Shown here one piece after another: positions 17,672 to 26,634 of a DNA stretch of 63,651 nt; positions within the stretch are counted from its first letter, which is position 1, and each line of letters begins with the position of its first letter. The notes under the pieces were generated by a model, which saw only the letters and a list, made by a program, of their open reading frames with translations, did not search any database and was not told where the DNA came from. The stretch comes from a virus. Lineage: Duplodnaviria > Caudoviricetes. Made by a program: the position numbers and the translations under genes. The stretch spans positions 1-63,651 of the IMG/VR virus record IMGVR_UViG_3300037467_001235. One strand, 5' to 3'.

Positions 17672-18030
17672 AGTTCGTTCCGCTCACGGAGTTCACGATC
17701 GGACGGCAGGAACATGTCCATCACCTCGGTGCGGGACATGCCAGCGTGGCGGGCGACCATGAGGAGGGTGCTGGTCAGTTTGATGACCGTCGCTGTGTCA
17801 TCGATGCCGGAGAGATGCGAGTTGACGGCGCGCGACACCTTCTTCGGGGTGAGGGTGTGGTCATCGACGGATTCGATGATTTGGCGGATACGTGGTTCGG
17901 CTTTGAGGATGTGGGGGCCGAGGCGGCGGGGGTTCCACCAGTAATCTCGGGCGATACCCCACAAACACCAGAGGAGGATCATGTCGGTGACGCCGTCCAT
18001 GTAGTCGCTGGTCAGGTAGTCCCAGATCAT
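17668..18030 (-). CDS. membrane-anchored protein (paralog of 17318..17671)
   Basis: Same shared motif as 17318..17671. Confidence 0.7.
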   Translation of the reverse strand: MIWDYLTSDYMDGVTDMILLWCLWGIARDYWWNPRRLGPHILKAEPRIRQIIESVDDHTLTPKKVSRAVNSHLSGIDDTATVIKLTSTLLMVARHAGMSRTEVMDMFLPSDRELRERNEL

Positions 18031-18518
18031 CGGTTGCTCCGTTCCTGCTGCCAGCGGGTGAACGCTTGGTCCCGCTCCGCCTGGTCGGATGACTCCATAC
18101 CGAGGGTGTGGAGGGACATGGACTGCTCACGAGCCAGATAGCCGGCCTCGAACGCTTCGTCTTGCCGTGCCTGCGCGGCCATCCGGGCGCGCTGCCCTGT
18201 CCATGGCAGGTGGAGACCATCGTCGGAGTGGCGGGGTACGAAGTGGACGTGCAGGTGCGCGATCGTCTGGGTGGCGGCCATGCCGCTGGAGGTGATCAGG
18301 TTGTACGACTCGCCCGGTTCGGCGTACCGGGCGGCGGCCTCCATGCTGGCGCCCAGAGGGAAGGGCGACGGGTGCTCGGCATGTTCGGCGGGCAGGAACA
18401 GCATGTGCCCGGGAGTGACTGGGTTGAGCGGCCGGAATCGGACCACATCCCGGCGGTACGTGAGTTCGTATTCGCCGTGGCTGATGCGGTCACAGAACGG
18501 GCACTGAGGGGAGCTCAC
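18027..18518 (-). CDS. HIT-family nucleotide hydrolase (copy 1, with C-terminal extension)
   Basis: CPFC...PLNPVTPGH...HLHVHFVPR. Confidence 0.9.
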   Translation of the reverse strand: MSSPQCPFCDRISHGEYELTYRRDVVRFRPLNPVTPGHMLFLPAEHAEHPSPFPLGASMEAAARYAEPGESYNLITSSGMAATQTIAHLHVHFVPRHSDDGLHLPWTGQRARMAAQARQDEAFEAGYLAREQSMSLHTLGMESSDQAERDQAFTRWQQERSNR

Positions 18519-18871
18519 AGCAGGTCCTCCAGCGCCTTCCGGGCGGCGTCGGACTGTTCCGGCCCTCCGACGTAATTGATGGGGGCGTTGACGATGCGCT
18601 GCGCGTTCGGGGACAGGGTTTCCACGGCCTGCTGGAACTGGTCGAACGCCTCCATCTCCTCGTCGGCGGTGGGTTCGGGTGCGCCGATGCGGGCGCGGGT
18701 GCTGGTGTACTCGATGTTCAGGGGCCGGGCCTGTACGTATACGGCGTCGATGCGTCCCTCGTGGATGTGGACTTCGACCAGTGCGCGGTCCGGGTTGTCT
18801 GCTTCGATCCCCAGCAGGCGCATCGCTTCGGCGAAGTCAGCGGCGGGGATTCTGTTGGTGTTGCTGCCCAT
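18515..18871 (-). CDS. hypothetical protein
   Basis: Start reassigned to leaderless ATG 18871 (MGSNTNR) by the late-promoter motif. Confidence 0.7.
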   Translation of the reverse strand: MGSNTNRIPAADFAEAMRLLGIEADNPDRALVEVHIHEGRIDAVYVQARPLNIEYTSTRARIGAPEPTADEEMEAFDQFQQAVETLSPNAQRIVNAPINYVGGPEQSDAARKALEDLL

Positions 18872-18878
18872 GGCGGGG

Positions 18879-18899
18879 ACGGTATGACGGAGGGGTGCA
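18879..18899 (-). promoter_or_regulatory. late-promoter motif TGCACCCC-N7-TACCGT
   Basis: -10 is 7 nt upstream of ATG 18871. Confidence 0.75.
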
Positions 18900-19506
18900 G
18901 GATTCGGATGCTCTGTTGCCGCGGTCATTTCTCGCCCGGCCCGCGCATGTCGTGGCGCCCGAGCTGTTGGGGCGTGTCCTCATCTCCGGCGCTGTGGCGT
19001 TGCGCATTACGGAGGTGGAGGCGTATGAGGGTGGGGGTGATCCTGCGTCGCATGGGTGGCGGGGTAGAACAGCCCGTAACGCCACAATGTTCGGGCCTGC
19101 TGGGCATTTGTACGTGTATTGGGTGTACGGGATGCATCACGCCGCGAACATCGTGTGTGGTGGAGACGGTGAGTCTCATGCGGTGTTGGTGCGAGCGGGG
19201 GAGATCGTGGCCGGGAGCGTGGAGGCTGCTCGTCGTCGTCCTGCGGCGCGGTCGGTGAGGGAGTTGGCGCAGGGACCTGGGCGGCTCGCTGACGCGTTGG
19301 GCATCACTCGGGCCGTTGACGGTGTGGATGTGTGCGACCCGCGCTCGACCGTGCGTCTCGTTCGCGGCACCGCGGTGGGGGTGGATCGAGTGGAGAGCGG
19401 TCCACGTGTCGGTGTGTCGCGTGCTCATGATGTTCCTTGGCGGTTCTGGATAGCGGACGATCCGACAGTCAGCCGATACCGCCGGCATGTGCCGCGAAGC
19501 CGGTGA
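18895..19506 (+). CDS. mpg: 3-methyladenine DNA glycosylase (MPG/AAG family)
   Basis: RITEVEAY.G..DPASH, NATMFGPAGHLYVY..YGMH, AVLVRAGE, GPGRLADALGI, GPRVGVS..PWRF; start approximate. Confidence 0.9.
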   Translation: MQDSDALLPRSFLARPAHVVAPELLGRVLISGAVALRITEVEAYEGGGDPASHGWRGRTARNATMFGPAGHLYVYWVYGMHHAANIVCGGDGESHAVLVRAGEIVAGSVEAARRRPAARSVRELAQGPGRLADALGITRAVDGVDVCDPRSTVRLVRGTAVGVDRVESGPRVGVSRAHDVPWRFWIADDPTVSRYRRHVPRSR

Positions 19507-19596
19507 GTGCCCCGGGGAGCCGCCCCAGCCGGAAGCGGGAAGTTATCCATGCGGCTGAGGCGGCCGTGCCCGGACGGGCACGATTGAGGGGGCACC

Positions 19597-19710
19597 TCAG
19601 CCGAGGAGGAGCCACAGGGCCCACGCGAACAGGGCCATGGTCGACAGCCACATGATCACGCCGGGCCACGGGTTGTTGGGTTTCGGTTCGGTCGGGCGTT
19701 GTTCCAGCAT
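19597..19710 (-). CDS. small membrane peptide (37 aa)
   Basis: GAAGGA RBS; MLEQRPTE...WLSTMALFAWALWLLLG. Confidence 0.6.
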   Translation of the reverse strand: MLEQRPTEPKPNNPWPGVIMWLSTMALFAWALWLLLG

Positions 19711-19712
19711 GA

Positions 19713-20243
19713 TCAGTCCTTCACTGGTTTGCTGGCGCGGATCGGGATATCTGCGCCACGGTGGCGGTGGCCGCAATCCCATATCGGTGGCGCGTCGGAC
19801 ACGAAGATGTCCCCGTTGTATCGGCAGCGGGCGCACTCGTAGGACATTTCGTATCGGACCGGCACCTCCTCGGCGTTGTCCTCGTCGGGGATGTACAGGC
19901 CGGTGGGGTTCTCGCACTCTGGGTCATCCATGCCGCCGCAGTCGGGGCGGGTGCAGGCGGCCTTGTTCGGCGCGGAGCGGACCGTGACGAGCTTGCGGTG
20001 GGGGCGGAGCATCTTCTCCCCGCAGTCCACGCACTGATCCGTGTTGTTGTCGATACGCAGGTGCTGGCAGCCGCGGGGGTCCGGGAGTTCGGTGCCGCAG
20101 TCCGTACAGCGGACATCGTCCGGGTGATGGATGGTGATCATCCTGTGCTCGCACGGGACGATCTGTCGGTACGCCTCCTCGGCGGCAGCGAGTTCCGCTT
20201 TCGCCGCGGCGATACGCGCACGAGCGGCTTCAGGGGTGGTCAC
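19713..20243 (-). CDS. Cys/His-rich zinc-binding protein
   Basis: Repeated CxH...CxxC units. Confidence 0.7.
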   Translation of the reverse strand: MTTPEAARARIAAAKAELAAAEEAYRQIVPCEHRMITIHHPDDVRCTDCGTELPDPRGCQHLRIDNNTDQCVDCGEKMLRPHRKLVTVRSAPNKAACTRPDCGGMDDPECENPTGLYIPDEDNAEEVPVRYEMSYECARCRYNGDIFVSDAPPIWDCGHRHRGADIPIRASKPVKD

Positions 20244-20581
20244 TCAATCGTCCTTCCATGGTGTCTGGCGTACATGTGGGCCTCATCGGTGCGCCCGCAC
20301 TCCCATTCGACGCCGGAGCGGTACAGCACGCACTCATCCAGCGTGAGTGTGGCCCGGACCGGCGTTCGACCGGGCGCGATCAGGCCACCACGGTCGTACG
20401 GCGGTTCGATACCGAGCTCGGCGCGGTACGCGGATTCGGACATGATCCCCGCTTCCCATGCCCGGTTCATGTGGTCGCAGAACCGTTGCACGCGCGCGAT
20501 CGTGCGGCGGAAGCGGCGGCGGCCAGCCCGGTCGTTCATGTCCGGGAAGTGCAGAACGTTGCGCGGGCGACGGCGGCTCAC
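20240..20581 (-). CDS. hypothetical protein
   Basis: Coupled ORF. Confidence 0.6.
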   Translation of the reverse strand: MSRRRPRNVLHFPDMNDRAGRRRFRRTIARVQRFCDHMNRAWEAGIMSESAYRAELGIEPPYDRGGLIAPGRTPVRATLTLDECVLYRSGVEWECGRTDEAHMYARHHGRTIE

Positions 20582-20823
20582 CGGTCGCTCCACCGCTGGG
20601 TCATTGCGTCGAACGCCTTGCGCTGCAGCTCGCCTTTCGCGTAGGCCATGGCCTCCTGCCAGGTGTCGAACGAGTACATGAACGGACTCTGGTACACGAG
20701 CTCCCTGGTGGTCCGGTCGTGCTGGGTTTCGGCTACATGCCAGGCGCGGCAGCCGCCCAGACGAAGGGCGCGGTTATTGGGGTGATTGCGGAACACCCGG
20801 AACCGGGTGATGCTGTCGCGCAT
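20578..20823 (-). CDS. hypothetical protein
   Basis: MRDSITRF..., TAATG coupling. Confidence 0.65.
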   Translation of the reverse strand: MRDSITRFRVFRNHPNNRALRLGGCRAWHVAETQHDRTTRELVYQSPFMYSFDTWQEAMAYAKGELQRKAFDAMTQRWSDR

Positions 20824-21203
20824 TACCTGTAGCCCTCCCACTTCCGGCGCACCGCCGCGCGCTTCTCGTCAGTGATCGGGCGGCGGCCGTCGCCGAACGG
20901 GGAATCCCCGGCGTACTCGTAGGAGTGCTCCCAATACGGCTTGCCGCAGGTGTCGCAGGAGGTGAACGCCTGACCGATCCACGCGAACACCTCACATGCC
21001 GGGCGGCGTTCCGTGTCATCGCATCCACAGGTGTCGGTGTGGTGGTCACCGTGCTTGCCGTCTGGCCCGGCCGGGTGGTGGTAGCGGAGGCGTTCGACCA
21101 GCATCTCCATCAGCCCGCGGGTCTGCCAGTCGGGCACGTACGCGGCTTGGTTGTCCAGGTGCTCGATCAACCCTTTCGGGTGCCAGCGATCCGGGTAGCT
21201 CAT
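20823..21203 (-). CDS. hypothetical protein
   Basis: MSYPDRWHP...; His/Cys motifs. Confidence 0.7.
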   Translation of the reverse strand: MSYPDRWHPKGLIEHLDNQAAYVPDWQTRGLMEMLVERLRYHHPAGPDGKHGDHHTDTCGCDDTERRPACEVFAWIGQAFTSCDTCGKPYWEHSYEYAGDSPFGDGRRPITDEKRAAVRRKWEGYR

Positions 21204-21288
21204 CCGTACACCTCGATGGTGAGGATGGGGGTGGTGTAGACGGGCCCGTAACCCTCCAATGTGAGGATCGGGTGATGCAACCAGGCGG

Positions 21289-21555
21289 TCAGGCAGTGCA
21301 TGAGGTCTCCTTGGGGATTCGGGTGATGACGGTGGGTAGAGGTCGGGGCCGGATGCGGCGGTAAGCGCGGACACCGGGGGCTGGTCGAGCTCCGTGGTGG
21401 AGGCAGGCGGGGCAGATGTCGCCGGTGTGTGAGCGGGTGACGAACCAGCCGCAGCGCTGGAAGACAGCGAGTGCGTCGGGGGTGTCGCCGGGGGCTTGGG
21501 CGGTGTTGCGGCAGTGTGGTTGGTCGCAGACGATCTGCCACTTCTCCCGCCTCAC
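21289..21555 (-). CDS. small zinc-finger protein
   Basis: CDQPHC...GW...DICPAC. Confidence 0.65.
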   Translation of the reverse strand: MRREKWQIVCDQPHCRNTAQAPGDTPDALAVFQRCGWFVTRSHTGDICPACLHHGARPAPGVRAYRRIRPRPLPTVITRIPKETSCTA

Positions 21556-21833
21556 AGCGTGTCCCCATTGGTGGGGGTGGTCTTCTCGTCGGTGGTGATG
21601 TATCCCCGTGCCTGGAAAATGTCGAGGACAAGACGCCGGAACCGCTCCCACCGCGCCACCTTCGCATCCAGTTGGCGATGCCAGTCCGCGTGCACCTCCG
21701 GGCGGATCACGTACACGCCGCACGGCTCACAAACCGAAGACACTGGTGGTAGTCCCATCGGTGGGGACACCTGGGAAGGCTGCGGAGGGAGCGGGCGCCG
21801 GCGGGTGATCCGGCCCAAATTCGGCATGTTCAC
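21552..21833 (-). CDS. hypothetical protein
   Basis: CxxC...HxxWH; GTGA overlap. Confidence 0.6.
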   Translation of the reverse strand: MNMPNLGRITRRRPLPPQPSQVSPPMGLPPVSSVCEPCGVYVIRPEVHADWHRQLDAKVARWERFRRLVLDIFQARGYITTDEKTTPTNGDTL

Positions 21834-22189
21834 CGGAGCGGTCCCTTCTGCTGTCCGGTCCATGGCAGGGTCAGGCCATCGCCCTGCCGCCGCGGCACGT
21901 AATGCACATGGATGTGGGGGATGGTCTGGGTGGCGGCCGGGCCGCTGGAGGTGATCAGGTTGAAGTCCTCGCCCTGTTCGCCGCCGTACTGCTCGGCATA
22001 CGACATCGCGCCCCGCATCGCCTCTGGGTTCGGGTGCTCGGCGTGCCAGATCGGGACGAACAGCACATGCCCGGGAGTGACCGGGTTCAACGGTTCGAAC
22101 CTGACCACCGAGGCGTGGTACTCGTAGTCGAATTCGTCGGCGTCGATGCGTCGGCAGAACGGACAATCCGGGTCCAGGTCGTCATTCAT
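21830..22189 (-). CDS. HIT-family nucleotide hydrolase (copy 2)
   Basis: CPFC...PLNPVTPGH...HIHVHYVPR. Confidence 0.9.
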   Translation of the reverse strand: MNDDLDPDCPFCRRIDADEFDYEYHASVVRFEPLNPVTPGHVLFVPIWHAEHPNPEAMRGAMSYAEQYGGEQGEDFNLITSSGPAATQTIPHIHVHYVPRRQGDGLTLPWTGQQKGPLR

Positions 22190-22520
22190 TGGCGGCTTCC
22201 TCGGGTATGTGCAGGATGGTCGCTACGCCTTGGCGGGCCACCTGGGATGACGTCCACAGCAGGTACAGATCCATTGCCCGCCACAGCGCGCCCTTCGAGT
22301 TCCGTTGCTTGTGGCAGGCGACTCCGTTCACCAGGATCAGCGAGCCGAGCGGCAACGCCCGGAGTTCTTCGGCGGTCTCGATGCGGCGGGGTGGCGGGCA
22401 CCAGCCCTCGGCGATGATCGCGGCGGCGGCGTCCTCCAGGTCCTCCCGGTCGTTGTCGATCAGCTGCGGATCGGCCGCGCGCTGGATGATGTCGGCGAGC
22501 TGGTCGCGCAGATCAGGCAT
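22182..22520 (-). CDS. hypothetical protein
   Basis: MPDLRDQLA...IETAEELRALPLGS. Confidence 0.7.
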   Translation of the reverse strand: MPDLRDQLADIIQRAADPQLIDNDREDLEDAAAAIIAEGWCPPPRRIETAEELRALPLGSLILVNGVACHKQRNSKGALWRAMDLYLLWTSSQVARQGVATILHIPEEAANE

Positions 22521-23412
22521 CGCTGACCTTCCGCAGTGCGTACACGGCGACTGTCGGAATCGACGGACGTCGATACTCCGCCCTCTCCACCGCCTGAACA
22601 CGAGTCGAATACGCCACATGCTCCAACCCACACACACGGTCCTGATCGTTCAGGAACCCAGTCACATACCCGGCAGGGAACGGCTGGGAGGCTTCGAGTT
22701 CGGCGATGCGGGCGTCCCGGGCATCCACTTGCGCCCGCAGCTCCACCACACGCGCCTGTAGCGATCCCGCGGTGCCACGTGCCGCACCAACATCGCGTCG
22801 CGCCTCGTCCCGCTCAGCAGCGAACCAGGCAGCCCAGTCGCTGGCCGTCCACATGTTGGCCTCCAGCTCGGCGATGCTGCGGCCCATGCGTTGACCGGTC
22901 AGGGCCGCGCGTTCGAGCCAATGATCCTTCTCGGCAGCGAACCAAGCAGCCCAGGTGCGGGCCTCGATCAGCTCGACTTCCGTCGTGCTCCAACGCTTGG
23001 CGTTGTTGGTGGCTTGGCCGAGCATGAACCCGCTTTCGCGTTCCATATCGGCGATGCGGGCGCGCACCACTTCCGGGAGGACATCGAACCGCGTGTCCTC
23101 GCGTGCGCCTACGGCGTCCACGATCTCGGCGAGAATCGCCCGCCATTCGGCGATGCGGGCGTGGGCGGCGTCCAGTTGCTGTTGGGTATCCACGCGCTCG
23201 GTGTTCTCCAGCGAGTACGTGAACAGATGCTCGAACGCTTCGCTCTGCCACTGCCGGCGGGACCGCATCAGGTGATGGATCAGCGACAGAGCGCGAGTCA
23301 GGCGCGCAGCCATGGCTTCCACGTCATCGAAACCGCAATAGAGGCAGGCGAATCCCGTCTCGTCCATTTCGTGTTCGGAGAACTCGCCGTGATGGGAGAT
23401 GCATTTACTCAC
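22513..23412 (-). CDS. coiled-coil protein with two WAAWFAAE motifs
   Basis: GGAGG RBS, GTG start; heptad-like ARIAELE repeats. Confidence 0.75.
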   Translation of the reverse strand: MSKCISHHGEFSEHEMDETGFACLYCGFDDVEAMAARLTRALSLIHHLMRSRRQWQSEAFEHLFTYSLENTERVDTQQQLDAAHARIAEWRAILAEIVDAVGAREDTRFDVLPEVVRARIADMERESGFMLGQATNNAKRWSTTEVELIEARTWAAWFAAEKDHWLERAALTGQRMGRSIAELEANMWTASDWAAWFAAERDEARRDVGAARGTAGSLQARVVELRAQVDARDARIAELEASQPFPAGYVTGFLNDQDRVCGLEHVAYSTRVQAVERAEYRRPSIPTVAVYALRKVSDA

Positions 23413-23674
23413 CGCCGACCTCCTCGATGCCCAGTGCGCTGCGGAGCATGACTGCCCAGCACGGACGGTTGGCGCAGTCGTGTTCGTCGGGGTCTTCGCT
23501 GTGGAGTCCGTGATCGACCATCGCTGTAACACGGGCGAGCTTGTCGCGGGCAGCGATCAGTTCGCGTGCAATCCGGTGCGCGGTGTCAGCTGGCGGTGGC
23601 GTACCGATCGCGGCGACACCAGCGATCAGACGGAGCGCGCCATCGGTGAGCGGTTCGGGTGTCTGGTCAGTCAC
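23405..23674 (-). CDS. hypothetical protein
   Basis: GAGGAG RBS before GTG. Confidence 0.65.
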   Translation of the reverse strand: MTDQTPEPLTDGALRLIAGVAAIGTPPPADTAHRIARELIAARDKLARVTAMVDHGLHSEDPDEHDCANRPCWAVMLRSALGIEEVGGE

Positions 23675-24287
23675 GGTAAGGCTCCTCATGTGTTCCGTGT
23701 ACGGCCATCCGCAACTCCTCGATGGCGACATGAAGCCCTTCGGCGAGGCCGTACTCACCGGCGGCGCGATGCTCGGACTCCTCGGCCGCCCACTTCTCGA
23801 ACAAGTCAGTGACTCTGCTGATGGTCTGGATTGCGGCGTGGAGAGCGTCTTGTTCGATCGCCCGGCCGGACTCCAGGCTGGCGATGCGGGCACGGGTGGC
23901 GGCCAGCTGGTCGTCCCGTTCGGAGACGAGAGTCTGGGTCCCCCAGAGCTGCCCGGTGAAGACGTTGCGGTCGGCCCCCATGCAGTCGAGTGCTCGGCGG
24001 ATGTAGTCACGCTCGGCAGCGAACCAGGCGGCCCACCGGCACGCCTCGCCGAAACGCTTGAGTGGTGGCTCAGGAGATTCCAACTCGGCGATACGAGAGC
24101 GAGCGGCTTCGAGCTGATCGAGCAGTTTCAGCACACCAGCAGGACTGCCCGCTGCCAGCGACCAATCCAAATACTGGCCCTTGACCACGTCGCTGAGGTC
24201 GTTGACCGAATCGCGGGCTACCTCGGTGACCCTGCGCCACTCGGCGAGCTGTTCGTCCGTGAACTGCTCGGATGCTTGATCAGGCAT
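23667..24287 (-). CDS. coiled-coil protein with WAAWFAAE motif
   Basis: MPDQASEQF... Confidence 0.75.
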   Translation of the reverse strand: MPDQASEQFTDEQLAEWRRVTEVARDSVNDLSDVVKGQYLDWSLAAGSPAGVLKLLDQLEAARSRIAELESPEPPLKRFGEACRWAAWFAAERDYIRRALDCMGADRNVFTGQLWGTQTLVSERDDQLAATRARIASLESGRAIEQDALHAAIQTISRVTDLFEKWAAEESEHRAAGEYGLAEGLHVAIEELRMAVHGTHEEPYRD

Positions 24288-24687
24288 TGGTCTGCACTTC
24301 CGTGAGGATCGGCCAGTCCACCGTGGCGTCCGGATGGCCTGGTTGAGGGATGGTGCCGTGATGCCGACCTGCGTGACCGTTCGGCAGCTCGCACCAGACG
24401 GTGCGGCCAGGATCGTTGACCAGCACGCCAGTGGTCGAGGTTGTGGCTTGGCAGCGGACAGCGGCGACCGCTTGATCGCAGCCGTATTCGTCGCGGGCCC
24501 GGTACCCCGCCTCGTAACCCGTCCGATACAGACCGAACGCATACGACACAGCCACGACAGTCGCCCCACCAACCACGATGTGCGGCCACGAAGTAGTGAT
24601 CAGCAACAACACCGGGACACCGAACAACACCACCAGGAGAGCGGTGCCGGCGTAGCGGACGAAGACACCGGATTCGCGGCGCATCAT
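24280..24687 (-). CDS. membrane protein with Cys/His C-terminus
   Basis: 2 TM segments; WCELPNGHAGRHH. Confidence 0.7.
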   Translation of the reverse strand: MMRRESGVFVRYAGTALLVVLFGVPVLLLITTSWPHIVVGGATVVAVSYAFGLYRTGYEAGYRARDEYGCDQAVAAVRCQATTSTTGVLVNDPGRTVWCELPNGHAGRHHGTIPQPGHPDATVDWPILTEVQTNA

Positions 24688-25184
24688 GACGCCTCCCGCT
24701 TCGCAGCGCGCAGGCAGGCAGCACACTCGGCGCGACCACCGACTATGTGCCACTGCGCGGACCACGTGTAGGCGCGTGCCCGACCACAGACCGCTGCGAC
24801 CTCCTCGCGGCGGCCGAACCCGCTGTGCTGACCCTTCTCGATGACCAGCGGGACCAGGTGCAGGACGCGACCGTCGTGCGTTCCGGCCCAGGTGTGACCT
24901 TCGCGCTCCGGACGCGGCTCCACTCCCCACTTCGGGGTGTGAGCGCAGTTGTCGGCGATCCGGGTGTCCGAGTTCCGCTTGATCTGCACGGTGTAACCGG
25001 CCTTCTCGTCGCGGCGGCGGACCGCCTTCGATCCGAAGAAACCTTCTCGTGCTTCCTCTTCCGAACTTGTGTATCGGCAGGTAGCCCAAGCGCATTCGCA
25101 CCCACAGGGGGCGATGAGTACCCAGGTGCATTCCTTGGCCGGGACAGGTTGTCCGTCGACTTCGAAATAGGTAGTGACAGCCAT
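24684..25184 (-). CDS. Cys-rich hypothetical protein
   Basis: MAVTTYFEVDG..., PCGC and CAAC. Confidence 0.7.
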   Translation of the reverse strand: MAVTTYFEVDGQPVPAKECTWVLIAPCGCECAWATCRYTSSEEEAREGFFGSKAVRRRDEKAGYTVQIKRNSDTRIADNCAHTPKWGVEPRPEREGHTWAGTHDGRVLHLVPLVIEKGQHSGFGRREEVAAVCGRARAYTWSAQWHIVGGRAECAACLRAAKREAS

Positions 25185-25189
25185 TGCGA

Positions 25190-25606
25190 TCAGCCCTCGG
25201 CCGGGATGAGGGTGATGTCGTCCAACTTGATGTAGCGGACGTCGGGGCCGATGGTGACGTAGTCGTTGCCGGTGATGAAGTCGTTCGCGATCCAACCCGG
25301 ATCGCCGGGCTCGGCGCCGATACGCGACGTCGTTTCCCAGTATCCGCCGAGGCTGTTGCGGGGGATGGCCTGGTAGGTGCCGGGGGCGATCTGCTCGGGG
25401 ACCTTCCAACGTCCGTTGGTGGACAGCGGGTTTGCGGGCGGGGAAGTGTGACGGATCGCGGGCTGCTCGGCGCGGGCGGGGACGAGGCCCGCGGTGGTGG
25501 ACAGGCTGGCGGGGGAGCTGAGGTCGTCGTCGGGGTCGCAGGCGGTGATACCGAGAGCGAGGACGGCGGCGGCGATAACGGGGATGGTGCGGCGCAGGAT
25601 GCGCAT
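25190..25606 (-). CDS. lipoprotein
   Basis: Signal peptide with lipobox ITAC; GRWKVPEQIAPGTY-type domain. Confidence 0.8.
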   Translation of the reverse strand: MRILRRTIPVIAAAVLALGITACDPDDDLSSPASLSTTAGLVPARAEQPAIRHTSPPANPLSTNGRWKVPEQIAPGTYQAIPRNSLGGYWETTSRIGAEPGDPGWIANDFITGNDYVTIGPDVRYIKLDDITLIPAEG

Positions 25607-25664
25607 GATCAGTTGCCTTTCGGAGATGTCGGGATGTGCGGGGCAGCAGGGGCCCATCGCGGGG

Positions 25665-26009
25665 TTAGGAGTTGGCTTCGGTGTCGATCCGGGCGGCGTC
25701 CTGCACCATCACGATCGCGGCGCGAACGTCGTCGTTGCTGATCGCGTCGTCGCCCTTGTTGACGAGGATGTGTTCCAGGATCTGGTCGGTGTCGCAGGTG
25801 TAGGGGAGGTTGGTGTTCCAGTCCTCGTCCTCCACTGCGAAGCCGATGCCGATGGTCAGGAACTTCGGGAACCCGACGACGGCCTGGCGGTCGCTGAGCT
25901 TCACGCGATACGCCCAGTACGACTCATCGACTGCGGGCGTGATCAGCACCGGCCCGACTTGCTTCGTCTCGTTGTCCTGGTTGCGGCGTTCGAGCACGAG
26001 ATCGGTCAT
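25665..26009 (-). CDS. hypothetical protein
   Basis: MTDLVLERR...YWAYRV...DWNTNLPY. Confidence 0.75.
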   Translation of the reverse strand: MTDLVLERRNQDNETKQVGPVLITPAVDESYWAYRVKLSDRQAVVGFPKFLTIGIGFAVEDEDWNTNLPYTCDTDQILEHILVNKGDDAISNDDVRAAIVMVQDAARIDTEANS

Positions 26010-26137
26010 CAGTAGTTCGCTTTCTGGTCGTTGTCGTGGGGGTCGCACCAGGTGGTGATTTCGCCTGTGCCGCCGCAGAACCGGCAGCCCTCACCGCGGC
26101 AGTGCTCGCAGTAGGCCCAGTGCTGAATGCGGGCCAT
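26009..26137 (-). CDS. small DnaJ-type zinc-finger peptide (42 aa)
   Basis: CEHCRGEGCRFCGGTG; TGATG-coupled on both sides. Confidence 0.7.
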   Translation of the reverse strand: MARIQHWAYCEHCRGEGCRFCGGTGEITTWCDPHDNDQKANY

Positions 26138-26517
26138 CAGCCGCGGCGCTCGGCGTTGGCGGCCCGGTCTCGGGCCTGCTCCTCCCAAGTACGTCCGCAG
26201 GAGACGCAGCGCCCGTACCGCGATTCCTCGTGTCGGCAGCGGCACGGCGCGGTCTGCTCGGGTTGGGCGCTCTTGGCGAAGGCGTCGGCTACGGCGGCCA
26301 TAAGCGTGTTCGCGCGGGCCACGATCGCCTCGGCGTCGGCTTCCGCGATATCGCTCATGCCGGGCCTGTTCCAGGCGGCGGAGGATTCGAACCGGGTCGC
26401 GAGGTGGTCGGTCACGAGCTGATGAGCGAGAACGTCGATTGCCGCCAGTCTGGTACCGCGGAAAGCGGCGTCATTGACTGCACCGATGATCTCGGATGCA
26501 AAGTTGGGTGAACTCAA
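26137..26517 (-). CDS. hypothetical protein
   Basis: TTG start directly after leader motif. Confidence 0.7.
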   Translation of the reverse strand: MSSPNFASEIIGAVNDAAFRGTRLAAIDVLAHQLVTDHLATRFESSAAWNRPGMSDIAEADAEAIVARANTLMAAVADAFAKSAQPEQTAPCRCRHEESRYGRCVSCGRTWEEQARDRAANAERRG

Positions 26518-26592
26518 TTCCGGCTCCTATCCGGGTGATGCCAGCTGATCTGGCGATGGCTTGAATATACCTGCGTTCGCTGGTGTCGTCAA
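26515..26592 (-). promoter_or_regulatory. promoter plus double-hairpin leader copy F
   Basis: TTGACG-17-TATATT, then ATC GCCAG-ATCAG-CTGGC ATCAC CCGG-ATAGGAG-CCGG AA TTG. Confidence 0.85.
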
Positions 26593-26634
26593 ACGGTGCG
26601 GCGTGTCGCCTCAATCCGCTGCAGTCCAGCAGTA

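Noticed and set aside
18925-19488. 187-aa minus-strand ORF in line with neighbouring genes
   Set aside because: It is the shadow of the clearly recognisable MPG gene on the plus strand
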